Counted from the stretch's first letter, positions 34,671 through 49,033 are shown. The stretch: 64,000 nt of DNA from Octopus sinensis (GCF_006345805.1 NC_043008.1:57722001-57786000); one strand, 5' to 3'. Notes: generated from the sequence alone by a model not told the origin. Program-made: numbers and translations.

Positions 34671-35066
34671 GTGACAGGAGTGGCTGTGTGGTAAGTAGCT
34701 TGCTAACCAACCACATGGTTCCGGGTTCAGTCCCACTGTGTGGCATCTTGGGCAAGTGTCTTCTGCTATAGCCCCGGGCCGACCAATGCCTTGTGAGTGG
34801 ATTTGGTAGACGGAAACTGAAAGAAGCCTGTCGTATATATGTATATGTATATATATGTGTGTGTGTGTATTTGCCCCTCTAGCATTGCTTGACAACCGAA
34901 GCTGGTGTGTTTACGTCCCCGTCACTTAGCGGTTCGGCAAAAGAGACCGATAGAATAAGTACTGGGATTTCAAAGAATAAGTCCCGGGGTCGATTTGCTC
35001 GATTAAAGGCGGTGCTCCAGCATGGCCGCAGTCAAATGACTGAAACAAGTAAAAGAGTAAAAGAGT
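34671..35066 (+). mobile_element. SINE family A, full length (an older copy follows at ~36310-36697)
   Basis: Colinear with the other A copies, CpGs retained, tail (AAAAGAGT)2. Confidence 0.9.
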
Positions 35067-38000
35067 AATGAGACAAGTGAAATATTTCCATTCCTGAAAA
35101 AAACCAACGCTTCACTTGGTTTTAGGCCGAAACATTTTTACTCATTTTTGTAAAACAATTAGTTATAAATTCAAGTAATAATCCATTTATCACACCACTA
35201 AATATATTTCCCTATTTTCAGGTGGGTTGGATAGATGTGCATGTATCATTTTTTTTTTTGCCCTCTCTCCATCTGTTTTCCCTCCTCATTCTTTCTGCAG
35301 GAGAGCATATGCTCAAAATGTCTAATTTTCCTGAGCATTAAACTAATACACCGTTTATTCATTCAACTGTTTCTGTTTTTATAAACCTAGAACACAAAAT
35401 TTTCTTTTTCTTTTTTTTTTGGGGAATGGTAAATCCCAAAGCAGATAAAGGCTATATATAAATAACAGCTTGTGAAGAGTGGGTTAAAAACACTTTTGAT
35501 AGAAACGCCAAAGGTTATTATTAAATCATTACTTATAACTTATTCTGCTTAGAGATTCACCACACACACGCAGAGTACATTGCCACTTTTCATGGAGTTT
35601 ATGTAGCCTAATGTTCCAAGATCTGACCACCCCTTCTATACCCCCACCTCTCTGCAAGTACTTTCAAATAAAGAACTTTTACAAACACTCCTCATCCATT
35701 TACACCTGTCCACTCCAATGTAATCCTCTCTCATAAATACCCTAGTTGCTACATTTACTACTCATCTCCCTTCTGCACTCTCTCTCTCTCTGATAAGTGT
35801 TAAATCAGCTCCTTTTGGCCTCCACAGATATTCAACATTCAATGTCATGTCATTACCTGTATGCTTCACACAGCTTGCCTTTTGCATAGCAACACTTTCA
35901 TTGCTAACAACAATACTTTGATTAGATATAGAGCCAATATTGGTCTATCAGTGTTGCATGAACAAAAATTAAACATTGCAGCAATATCTAGACTCTAAAC
36001 CGGTTCATCATAAGTATCTGAATTCTAAACTAAATCATCAATAGTTATAACTGACTAATACAGATGGATTAGTCTGAACATGCTCTCATTGTCACATCCA
36101 TTGGGAAGGCATTCCTCTATAGCTATCTATCTATATTATATGAATGCTTTCCTAGTGGTCTAATCCAGTATACTGATGCTGTGTTGTACTGATTTATCTT
36201 CAATGACACCATGCCCCTCATCCAAAAGAATGCAGATTTGGATTGGGCAAGTTAGAAGGCCAGACTTCTTTGAGGACAACAGTGCAAGTTGCACCTTGAA
36301 ATAATCCTGCATATGCACAAGGCAAGAAGCTCACTTCCTAACCACATGGTTCCGGTTTTAGTCTCACTATATGGAACCTTGAGCAAATGTGTTGTTATAG
36401 CTTCAGGCCAACCAAAACCTTGTGAATGGATTTGGTAGGCAGAAACTGAAAGCCAGTTGTGTGTGTGTGTGTCTTGGTGTCTACCTGTCTTTGTCCCCCC
36501 AGTATTGCATGATAATTGATGTTGGTGTGTTTACATCCTTGTAACTTAGTAGTTCAGCTGAAGAGACAACTAGATTAAGTACTAGGCTTACAAAGAATAA
36601 GCCCTGAGGTCAATTTCTTCGACTAAAAAAGCCCTTTAAGGCGGTGCTCCAGCATGGCTGCAGTCAAATGACAGAAACAACTAAAAATAAAAGAATGCTT
36701 TGAAGTTTGCAGAGTCTTGGGCAGACATAATCTCATATGCATTATGTTAAGCAATTCATGACAACAGAGCTTCATCAAGGATACTCAAGCTGTTATACAA
36801 AACATTATACAACAATAGTTTATAACCGCAATTGCAAAGACAGAATAAAGTCATGTGTGTGTATATTTACATACAGAAATACATAAACACACACAATAAC
36901 AAAAAAAGCCATCAGAATAAATTCTAAGGAGCGAAATTAGGTGAGTTATAGAGGTGAATGAGGAACAAGTTGTGTTGTTAGTTACAATTCAAAGTAGGGT
37001 TATGTTGCAACAAAGGAATTGAAAGTTAAAAGGATAATACAAAATGGATAGAATCAATTTTATATAGCTATAATCAACCTTTGTTTGTAAGAGAAAACAA
37101 ACAGTTGCAAGAGCAGAAGTCACTGGATTTTCAAATGTTCAATCTGCTGCCGAGTGGGTTTTTTTTATAGCTATTTTTTTTTAAAAACATTTCTTTTGAA
37201 ATAAACTGTTTCATATTTTGGTCTTTGTTTAGTTTATCCTATTGTATATATATATATGTTCAATGTTACTTGTTCAATTATAAAATTCTTTATGGACCAA
37301 GGGTTAACAACGGGTGGGTTGTCACTCCTAGGAAGGCAACTAAAGTGTTGTGGGCCCTATCGGATTCTTTCTTAAAATATTAAAAAAATTTCATAAATTC
37401 ATGTATTTATGGTTCATTATGTGTTTCACTGCTTGTAGGTTGTTTACATAAACATTGCTAGGGGATGGAAATGGTAGGGGTTGCAGGAATATTTTAATAT
37501 GAAAGGTTAAATAATGTATGCATGTGTTCCCTAGCCAAATGAAAAAGAAAAATTCAAGAGTGAGCCATTAGAGAGAGAAGTCACTGATCCTAGTCTTAAT
37601 CCTTTCAGTACTTCACATCTGAACTGAATAAACCTATCAATGAACTTTTGTTATATCAATTTTTCTGGCTGTATTTTCCCCACTAGTTTTCCTTTTCCAA
37701 ACATAAACATCTACATGATTACTGAACCAGTATGATGTACATTACCTATAATACCATTATTCTTCATCCGTTCCCCAAACATTAAACCTGATCACAATAT
37801 CATTTTAGTACAGATGCAATTCAATAAGCCATATCGTTCAATTTAAATCTAAGAAATTCCTAAATTGGTCTACCAGGATTAATGGCATTCAGAAGCAGTA
37901 AATAGTTAAGAGAACAATGTCACTCTCCAGAGACTGAATTAAGGATATCCATATAAGTGGAAGCTGGATAATGAAAACTAATTTTTTTTTTTGCACCTAA

Positions 38001-38289
38001 GTTCAGCTTCTGGTTGTGTAAAGGAGTTGCCTAAAATAAGTGTTATCTTAATTGTCTGTAAAGGTCAACAGACAATGATCTTGTGCTTTGGGAACAAAAT
38101 ATTTCACAAACTATTCTACTGTAACATTAGTTGTAATCCAAACCTCCTCATGATCCCAGCTGACAAAATGAGAAAGGCGTTGCCCATGCTTTTGGAAGCC
38201 CCGAGTTAACATTTTCTCTCTCTCTCTCTTTTTTTTTTTTATTTTGGCTCTAACAACAAGCAACTTACATTATGGATTTTTGCAACATT

Positions 38290-38700
38290 TGAGCGGTGTC
38301 CAGTAGTGGTACTGCATGTTCAGTTGTTGAAGTTCTCCAATACAAGACAATCTCATCAACACTGTAGATCTGCTGAGGACATAAATTTGTCATCGCAAAT
38401 TAAAATTAACTTGTCAACAAACGCAACAGCTGCTTGTCTGCCGAAGTTTTTCACACACTACATAATTATTACTCTGTTATATTGTTGCTTGAAACGATAA
38501 AACCAACCTTCACAGTAATTCAACTAGTAATCTAGTCCTTGTTTCTTCACGAAATTTTTTTAGCTTGTTCTATCTCCAGCACATCGTCCAGTTCTATTTG
38601 TCGAAGTGCCACCATAGCATTCATTATTCACAAAACCTTCTCAGACATTGCTGCTGTATGTTTAATAAGTTCAGCTTTATCTGTAATGGATAATCTACAG
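38290..38700 (-). mobile_element. pogo/Tigger (Jerky/TIGD-like) transposase relic
   Basis: Across frameshifts: EQAKK(F)REE...NYCEGWFYRFKQQY...EK.SADKQAAVAFVDK...DNLCPQQIYSVDEIVLYW, matching the CENP-B HTH end (GWL.RFK.RH), GEK.SAD and QIYNADETGL.W motifs. Confidence 0.75.
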
Positions 38701-41700
38701 AGTTTGCATTTTACCCCATGAAAAGGACTTCCTTTACACATTATAACAATAACTAGAGCTAAATGTGAGCATGCTATAATCTATAGCTGCTCATATCTAC
38801 CGACCTCCAGCCATGGTTCCAGAAAAGCTAATAGGAATGGCTTACCAGTGTTTACAAATTTCATGACAAAAGCAGTTGTTGCAACCAACACAATCAAGAC
38901 AGTGGTGGCAGGTTAACAAAAGGGATATCATATCCGGATTAGCAAAGGAAGTGATCCACTGATGGTTGTGTTTATAGTTGTCTAAATACTTAGTTGTGTA
39001 CCTGTCCCTTTATGTCCTGTGACTTAGTGACTCAACACATTGATAAAATTAGTTGGAGACTGAAATTAGCACCAAGACCATCTTGATCAAGTAAAAACCT
39101 TGAATATGGTGCCATAGTATTGCCAGTCCTATCACTGAAAACAATATATATACACATATATAACTACATATTTACTCTTGCCAAGTTCTTTTAATTTTTT
39201 TTTTTTGTATGTACTAGACCCATCCCTCTCATATATATATATATGAACAAGAATGTGTGTGTGTCATAAAATAATTTGGAGGTTATTTTTATCAAAATCT
39301 TGAGAGATAGTTGTTTTAACTCTATTGAGGGTAGTTGATAAGGTAATAAATATAAGAGAACATACAGGGGGGGGGGTTGTGATTTTGTATTTCAGTGATA
39401 TAAAATAAGACCGCCAAAAAAATTAACATTAAAAGGGTGAACTCCATCTCCACTATAATATTTATCTTAGAAAATATTGAGTCAAAGGCAGGGAGGTGGG
39501 GGGGAACCTCAGCAAATCACTAAAATTAGATATATTAAAATGAGACACTAGCTTACATACTCTCAGGTCAGCACTGCAGGGGAAAGATAATATTGTTTTT
39601 GGATTTTATTCATTTCTCAGGACAAACGCAGTGTTTATAATTATCAGGTTAATGAGCTGCTGTCAAAGTTGTATGAATTAGAAGTGTCACGTTTGTGTGT
39701 CAGGTGTTTCTTTGTAACGATTGCACAACACTTTTCTTTTTTATAGCTATTACAATGCAGTCATACGTAAGCAGTACGCTGTGCTGAAAAATCAAGGAAG
39801 TTGTACAAGTATACAACTCATCTCAGTATTTCAGAATATTTTATTTCTTGGACTTGTTTCCAGAACTCAATTACAAATTGGGCCTGGTATCAGTGATGTT
39901 GACCCAGGTTTTTCTGTAATTACATTAGATGACTGTAACCAGAGATCTGAGAATTGGACAACCATTAGTGGATTTCCAAAAATGGTGAGGAGGGCTTTAG
40001 CTTCTGCAAGTCACCAAACCTCATTAGGAAATTATAAAGCAATCTTTTTGCAGATGTCTAGTTCATGGTATTGTATTTCAATTAACAAAGAATGCTTTTT
40101 ACTTTTCTACTGAGCATGGCAAAAGTGCTTTAAGTATCTTAGAGAATATGTCTCTTAGAAACATTATTATTTCATTCTGAATAGATGTTTGAGTAAATAT
40201 AGAAAAATATTATCCCTCCCATGGATAATATCAGGTCTTGCATCAATCATGTTAGCAATTAGGGATAAGATCTTATCTTAAAGCCCTAATTCTTCAATAA
40301 AATTTCTGAACTGTCAGTGAATTTTCCCCGTTTAATCCTTTTGATATCAATCCACCTGAGATTGTGCCTGGTTCTATGACACAAACTTCCTGTTTTAAGT
40401 TATCTTAAAACCTTCCAACAAAAATTTATGTTTCAAACACCAGCTGAATATTGACAAAGTTATTTTACCAAATTATTCACAACTTTCAAAAGTAAGAGAA
40501 GCAAAGGCAGTGCATTTCAAAAGAAATAAGGTAACAAAAGGCTTAAAGAATATAAATTCATCCAAGGACAGATTTCATAACATCAATCTTGAAGTGTTTG
40601 GCCACCAGGTGTTTATGATGAAAAGGCTATCAACAGAAACTAGAAAACTGGGGTCGTTTTTCATTAGTGCAATTAATCTTGCATTTCTCTCACCATTGCA
40701 GATACTAAATCTATTGCAACACTTGACAAAAATCAATGGAACATCAGCATTTGTTCAGGCTCTCTCAAGGCCATTTTTAATGTCAACATAAGTTTAATAT
40801 CATTACGTCGGATGACTCTTCTTTCGATTAGAGATGACAAACAAAAAATACAGCCAGCTATAACTTTCGTCTTGTATATCTGTAGATTAATCAAGAGTTT
40901 AACCCTTTAGTGTTCAGATTATTCTGTCAAATGTGATTTTTTAGTTTTAGAATGACATGGTAGGGCTGAGGTGAGAGGCGAGATCTGGTCAGTTTCAATA
41001 TAAAACAGGTTAAATATTTTGGCAAGATATGGCTGGTTTGATTGCTAAAGGGTTAAGGTAATTCTTTAAATCATTTTGCCTGCAACATCAAGCATTTGTC
41101 TGGAGAAAGGGGCATGCCTCTTTTTAGCAAAACCTTAAAGTGATGTTTGTACAGTAAGCTGTCAACTTTGTTTTAGCAAATTCGCCATCAAGTTATGGGC
41201 ATTGAGCACTTGTTAAATAACTCCTTGACAAAATTAGCTCCAGTCACTGTATCTGCTTCTATACTGAACACTATCAACAGTGTTCATTAGTTGCTTAGTG
41301 ATAATTTTAACTTGTTTTATTTAAGTCTGATTTATATGGATAATAATACAAACACCAATTTGCTTCATAGTGGCATTCTAATGACAGACAGACACATGGC
41401 AGATAAGACACCATGTTTAAGAGGGAAAGGGAGGAGAGAGAGGTATGACCTCATCTAAGTTATTTCAGTATTTATCATATTTATGTGGGTCTAATATGCA
41501 TTTGTAATATAATAAGCACCACTAATAATCAGTAATTAAATTCTAGAAAGAAATCTCTTGTGTGTAATAAACACAGGCTTCTTTAGTATTAGGGTGTTCA
41601 GAAAAAGTTCATTTACCCCAAGCAGAACAAACAGTGACCTTTGAACTTTTAACAAATGTAGGCTATAAAAGTGCACCTTAAAGTCCACCTTGTGAAAAAT

Positions 41701-43460
41701 AATCAGTACTTTATTTTTTGTAGAAAATCTCTTGATAAGTCTACTTTTAAGTTTTTAATCAACTTTACTATTTAGTTTATAAAACAAGAACAGTATATTT
41801 AGCATTTAAACTGGCCATAACTGGCCCAAATATTCTAGCCTCTCACACCTACCCTACAATGTCATTCTAAAAAAAACAAAAACAAATACGTCATCAAAAT
41901 CTCAACGCTACAAGATAATGCATCATTAATTTAAAACAGTGTGAATAAATAAGCATTACATTAGAGTAATCTGAATGCTAACGGGTCAATCATGCATTTT
42001 TTCTACTTTAAAAAGCACCCAAACATTTATTTTAAATAATCTTCAGATTTTTGTTTTGAACATTCAGAATCTTGATTTTTTTTTTTTTAAACTCAAAATC
42101 TTAATTTTAAACATTTAAAATTTTCTGGAAGGGAAAAAATATCTTAAACACAACACCCAGTAAGTTGTATTGAAACTTTTGGAAACAATACAAATTTCTG
42201 TGTAGATGAAACAAGCTGTTCCATTACTATCAGTATCAATTTTATTTTCTGTTTACATTGGTGTCTACAATTACGAGCAAAATTTAGTATTTATGTTATT
42301 TAATCAGACAACCTCCAAGCTGCATATGCTCAAACATATATATAATAAACATTTAATGTAGTATCATTATAATAGAAAAATAATTGATTTTAGCTCTTTG
42401 TTACACATCAGTTTATCTTGGACAATAGATGTAATTAACTTCCTGGTCTTGCCATTCTGAACATGACCATGAACTTAGGGACTGGAATAAATGGGTAGCA
42501 ATGTACAATGTACCTCTAATAATTAGGACGGGGGTGGTGGTGTTGGAGAAGGCAACTATGATACCATTTGTTGAGGGAACTTTGGCTGCTATGAGTGATA
42601 ACACCATTATCATCCTGTTTTGTATGTGCAGAGAACCACCTTATCTGACATGTCCTTTTCTAAGATGATGGGGTTGATTTGAGAAAGATTTGACCATTGT
42701 TTCTAGCAAGTTAAATGAGCATGTAGAGGTTCCCTCTCTAATTGTATATCTTCGACAAGCAAATACAAGTGTAAAAAATGAAAAGAGTGGAATTATTTTG
42801 GATAAAAAAAATAAGGGCCTCAAAATGCAAAACTATGTGACACATTTTGTGTTAAGATTATGATTTATGTGGTAGATTTAACAACAAAATATACAGGATT
42901 AAAGAATCTGTCCCCCACCCCATAACCAACTGCCAACACTATCAAAATTTTCAATGAAAACCCAGTCATTGGTATTCCTTGCTAACTTAAATTTTTTTTA
43001 TCCCTCAGGCTTCCACCACTCCTTTAACACTTTAGCATTTAAACTGGGCATATCCAGCCAAAATATTCTGTTTTATGTTCAAACTGGACAGATGTGGCCT
43101 CTCACAACAACCCTACAATACCATTCTAAAAACAAACAATTGTATCACCAAAATTTCAAAGCTACAAGATAGAGCACTATATTCAAAACAATGTGAATAA
43201 ATAAGCATTACATTTGAAAGACTAATGTGACTCCTAAAGAGTTAAGTCACACTTAGATTTAGCATAAAAATTAGGATTAAAATTCTTAAATTTCATTTTT
43301 ACTAACCACAAGCATTACATCTTAATCCAACCTAGTAAATAAATACTATAAAGCCTAGATACTTTTTATTCTTTTTTTTTTAACCATTATGAATAAAAAA
43401 TCTCAACCAAAACATTTCCATAAGCTGCACAAAAATATGATTCTGCCAGCTATATTCACC

Positions 43461-43860
43461 AATAATAAAGGCACAAGGCCTGAAATTTGGAGGGGGGCGG
43501 GGAGAGTAGTTGATTATATCGTCACCAGTGTCTCGCCGGTACTTAATTTATCGACCTCAAAAGGTTGAAAAGTAAATTCGACCTGAGCAGCATTTAAACT
43601 CAGAACATAATGGCAGACAAAATACCTATTTCTTTACTACCCACAAGGGGCTAAACACAGAGGAGACAAACAAGGACAGACAGATGGATTAAGTCGATTA
43701 TATCGACCCCCAGTTGCGTAACTGGTACTTAATTTACCGACCCCGAAAGGATGAAAGGCAAAGTCGACCTCGGCGGAATTTGAACTCAGAACGTAACTGC
43801 AGACGAAATACCGCTCAGCATTTCGCCCAGCGTGCTAACGATTCTGCCAGCTAGCCACCT
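43461..43860 (-). mobile_element. Dimeric SINE family B with a 10-bp target-site duplication
   Basis: TATATTCACC at 43451-43460 and 43861-43870; complete monomer 43620-43860 followed by a headless second monomer. Confidence 0.8.
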
Positions 43861-44997
43861 TATATTCACCTATAATAATAATAATAATAATAACAATAAT
43901 AATCATTTTCTTTACTTGCATTCATATCAGAAAGCAAATTTTCTTACCAGCAGCTATTTATGAATTAAATTTACTTCATGCAAATCACAATGTCAGTAAG
44001 AATGGCTCATGAACTACTTGCATTCAAAGACATTCATGATTTTTTATTATCATTATTCTGAAGTTGAATGGAGACCACAAACTTTTTTCTCTGTTATGGA
44101 GGATCCCTGGAGGGCTTTAATCAATACCTGGCAGCAAAATATACTTTTGGCGCCTTCACCATAATTAGCAGGTATTATCAGGTCATAGGAAATGTTGCAC
44201 TGCTTCACACTTGCACCCAGGAGTGTCTCCCCTACCCACTATTAACTCTTCTTGCTGTTATACCACTGTTACACATGATGGGAGTGGGGCACTAACTATT
44301 AGATATGCCAAGATTATGTGAAATAGCTACATGCAGTAACTTCAATAATCCCTGGCCATGTCTGAATGCTTGAGATAAACAATTCTCGCTTTGTAAATCC
44401 ACCTTTGCTGCCCAGCTTTTTTTTTTTTTTTTTTTTTTGAGGCATACAACCTACAATCTATCATAGGAGAGACTACTTTCATTGTAAGAAAAACAAAAAC
44501 AAAAAAAAAAACAAAAAAACTATTTGATAAGCTTTTCTAGGTGTGTCCAGAATATGCTAACAATATGGTTAGCAAGCAGTCTAAGAATTAAGAGTATGTG
44601 TTTCTAAAAATAATTTCTTGAGGATGGATTTTGCAATTTATTGAGATCAAGTTCCCCTTTTCACTAGTCTTATTCACAGAATACCTGACTGTGTGATCAC
44701 AGATCAGACAAACATATCCAAGGATTTGCTGAGCCAATCAACTATCTCCCATTCAAAAGGAGCTGATTGATGCTAGTTGCCAAGAGTACCAAATTCTAAC
44801 AATAAGGATATTCCACTCTAATAATAATTCTTTCTGCTATAAGCATAAAACCTGAAATTTTGTGGAGATAACATTGTCTGTAGTACTCAACTGGTACTTA
44901 TTTTACCAATTCCCAAATACAAGTCAAAGTTGACCTTGGCAACATTTGCACTCAGAACATAAAGCTGGAAGAAATGCCATTAGAGATTTTGTTTCAA

Positions 44998-45218
44998 GTG
45001 GTAGGCACGTAAAAAGCACCATCCGATCGTGGCCGTTTGCCAGCCTTGTCTGGCACGTAAAAAGCACCCACTACACTCACGGAGTGGTTGGCGTTAGGAA
45101 GGGCATCCAGCTGTAGAAACACTGCCAGGTGCAGCCTTCTGGCTTCCCAGACCCCAGTTGAACCGTCCAACCCATGCCAGCATGGAAAGCGGACGTTAAA
45201 CAATGATGATGATGATGA
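44998..45218 (+). mobile_element. RTE 3' end (family C) with (GAT)n tail
   Basis: ...aacccatgccagcatggaaagcggacgttaaacaatgatgatgatgatga. Confidence 0.85.
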
Positions 45219-47801
45219 ATAATTTCAAATTTTGATACAAGGTCAGCAATTTTGGGGGATGGGACAAGTCATAACATTGGCCCCCAGTGTTCTTTCATCG
45301 ACCCAGAAAGGATGAAAGGCAAAGTCAACCTTGATAAAATTTGAACTTAGAATGTAAAGACAAATGAAATGCTGCTAAGCATTTTGCCTATCATGTTAAC
45401 AATTCTGCCAGTTCACCACCTTAATAATAATAATAATAACTTTTCTTATATCCATTTATTTCAGAACTCAAATTCTCTTGCTAGCAGCTATTTACAAATT
45501 AAAGTTAAACCATAACGTTATTATCAAGATAAAAAATGTTTTCTATGTCTGCTTAGCACAGGTCAGGTTAGATTTTTGTTGTTGCTAGGTTTTCTTTTGT
45601 GTTGACCATTGTCATTCTTTTGTAGGCATTGAATAGCAAAATTTGAATAGAAAATAAAATTTCAAATGTTGAACCTTGGAACAAAATCTAAAACATGAAT
45701 AAAACTCATTGACAAATTGAATTGTTAAGTCACAATCTGAACAACAGTGCAGAATTTAACAAAAAGATAGTGGGTTTTTCAAACATAGCATTATATAAAA
45801 TATATATCTGTATATGTCTATCAAGCACAATTCTGATGACAATAATTCATCATACAGAAAATAAAATAGCTAGTTAAACTATACTGCTGAATTTTGCCAT
45901 TCGTTTTACCTTAATTACATAATTATCAGATCACCTGATATGAAAAATGGATAACTAAATATTTCAGATTTATACTGGTTTGGAAAATGGATATAGATAG
46001 AATCTTGTTTTGAAACATTACATCATGGTAGGTACAGTTGTGATTTAAAAGATGTATAGTGACAATACTCACTTTTTGAATAGTATTCTACAGTATACCA
46101 TGATACCATTATAAGAATATACCTCTATCTGAATTATTCTCAGGTAAACAAAAGCAAATATTCTATACCTTATTGTAATAAAATAGCTGATTTCAATGAA
46201 ATGATTTAAAGAAGAAAACTGGTGTTTGAGTTTTTCCCAAGAACTGTATTAAGCTCCTGGGAAAAACTGAAACACCAACATTAAGTTCAGCTCTACCATC
46301 GGAGGGTTGAACCTAATGTCGATTATATAACTTAGATGAGTGTTAAGAATAAAGTGTTAAGAATACAGGAGTTAAGACAAATATAATTACAAGTGATAAA
46401 AGGTAAACAAAAGTATCAATAACCTTATTCTCATCAGGGGTCTTCGTATTTGAGGTTAATAAAAAAAAAGTCTTGATTACGTAATGTAATCTGGTTTCCT
46501 CGGTTTCAAATTAAAAAAAAAAAAATGTTAACCCCGTGACGCAAAATATATTTTAGCCTCTTCTTTTGTAGGTTCATCAATTATTATTTATGAAAGACTA
46601 TTTACAAATAACTTGGACATAAATAATAGTTCATTAATTTTTACACCATTTGTTTGTTTTAATTTTTGGTTTTATATTTTATATAATTGACGCCATTCTC
46701 AAATGTGGCTGAAAATTCCTTTTTATCACACAGAAAATTGCTTCCATTCAAATTTACTGTTGCATCACTAAATTACACAGCTAAATAAATAATGAAAATC
46801 CGCTTTGCACAACTGTTTCTGAAAGGTCATCATCACCAACACAACTAGTCGGTTAAAAAACTGTAATATTTACAATGGAAACAAGTGAAAAAAAGAAACA
46901 TTAAACAATGTGATATGAGAATGAAACTGGAATAGGAAGGAGTGATGCTTACATCAAGGCAACTGAAGAAATTACAATAATTATTAATAGCAGAGAGAAA
47001 AAACACGATTAAACTTGTATAGAGTTTATTCAAATCCTACATTAACTTCACTTTTTCCTTAACATATTAAAAGTGGAAGACATAACCAAGCAAAATATTT
47101 TTAACAACCACAACTGTTATTCTCATACAGCTAATCCTTTAAAATTTAGAAATTAACAGAAGTGCGGCGTCTTATATATATATATATATAGTGTATGTGA
47201 AGCAGTGATTAGGCATAAGCGAACTTTAGAGTAGTTACAATATGTTTGTCATATTTCAACTTAATACCGTAAACTGCAAGCGGTGAATTTGCCTTTAAAA
47301 GTTGAAATCTGTCACAAACATACCCTAAAGTTCGTATGTATTTATATATATATATAATGTGTGTGTGTGTGTGTGTGTATATCTTAGACTGAAACCCATT
47401 GGACATAATCGATTAAAGATCTAATGATAATGCGACAATATTGGAGATATAACATTTTGACCTTAAACACAATGGCATCGTGGAGATGGCAATGAAAATG
47501 TCTTGCAAAGTTTAAGGTACTAAGTTCAAGGTTATTCTGTCAGCCAACTTCGGCCTTTCACATAAACCCAAAGCGGACACGAGACGTTCTATTTCTTATA
47601 TACAACAGACACTTAAAAAAAAGACCAATTGTTGAATGAGACAATATCCCCAAGTCATTATTATCAAACCAAGGAAGATTTACTTAAAATGTTTTGTTGC
47701 TTCGTCGACTGCTGCACAAAACGACAGCTTTAATACATTTTTTTTTAATACAGACATTAAGAGAAAAATAGCAAATGGAAAAGCAGCTGTGACAACATTA
47801 C

Positions 47802-48126
47802 CTTTCCTAAACGATTTTATCAATAATGTAATTTCGGAGGAGATTCCCAAGCAAAACCTCGCAGCAGCATCTGCTACACAGTAGCACACGGTTCCATGAC
47901 AAAGATCAAAGATCAGATTCATATGGTTGAGGGGAGGGATGAGAAAGAGTGAGAGAAAGAAAGAGAGAGAGAAGCGGTTGTGACTTTCAAACTCGATATC
48001 TATCTATCTATTCCTGAACATTCATTCCCAGACATTATGAGAAAAAAGACGACGGTTTTTATTTTATTTTATTATTTCCAAGTGGAAGTAGAAACCGAAA
48101 CCGGGGTCACGATGCCCGCTTCTGCG
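47802..48126. promoter_or_regulatory. Candidate bidirectional promoter with divergent splice donors
   Basis: Minus donor GGAAAG|gtaatg (exon end 47802) and plus donor GCG|gtaaga (exon end 48126) either side of a GA/CT tract in CpG-retaining sequence. Motif evidence only. Confidence 0.3.
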
Positions 48127-48699
48127 GTAAGAATCCGCACTGTTTACAGACAGCCTCTCTCTCTATCTCTATCATATAACACCACTTTACATACATTAAA
48201 GTAACCAAAACAGTGCGTTTTGTGTGTCTATAGCTACAGGGTATATATATATACGAATATTTGAAAGCAAGAAATGATGCCACACGAGATGTGATGGAGG
48301 CGTTCATGCCATATCCAATATCAGCTTAAAACTGTGCTTCGTGAATGAAGTGGTTGGTACATAATGGAATCAGCCACGACGCCTGCTGAGAGGAGAGACA
48401 GAAGGACAGAGAAATCAGCCTGACAAAACACTTCAAACTAATATCAAGTGCGCAGTGTTTTTTAATAAAAATTGCATACATTTGTCATTTTTACCTTTTA
48501 TTAGAAATAAATGTACGTAGAATAAACACCTGCTACAGACCAGAGGTGAACACAGGGAAAAATCATTATATATACATATATAACTATAATATGTATGTAT
48601 AATATATACACACACAATGCAAAAGAATGGATATGTTGGATGCAATTCTGTAGCTAAGCAAATTACAAGCATCAGGCATGAGTGCTCATGCACCTATGT

Positions 48700-48747
48700 G
48701 TGTATGTATGTGTATATATATATATATATATATGTATCTATGTAGGT

Positions 48748-48785
<38 letters not shown>

Positions 48786-48845
48786 ATCTAGTATGTGTGT
48801 ATATATTATATATATATAATATAATATATAATATAATGTATCTAT

Positions 48846-48895
<50 letters not shown>

Positions 48896-48905
48896 CTATG
48901 TATGT

Positions 48906-48952
<47 letters not shown>

Positions 48953-48969
48953 CTATGTATGGATGTTAT

Positions 48970-49014
<45 letters not shown>

Positions 49015-49033
49015 ATGTATGTGTATATGTATC

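Noticed and set aside
39721-40791. ORFs of 130 and 93 aa in unique-looking sequence
   Set aside because: No recognisable motif, a non-ATG start for the track calls, and composition typical of chance AT-rich ORFs; a BLASTX would settle it.
46415-46440. CTGATGAG...GATAC on the minus strand as a hammerhead (also CTGATGA at ~63233)
   Set aside because: Stem II does not close properly, GAAA is absent, and stems I and III do not form.
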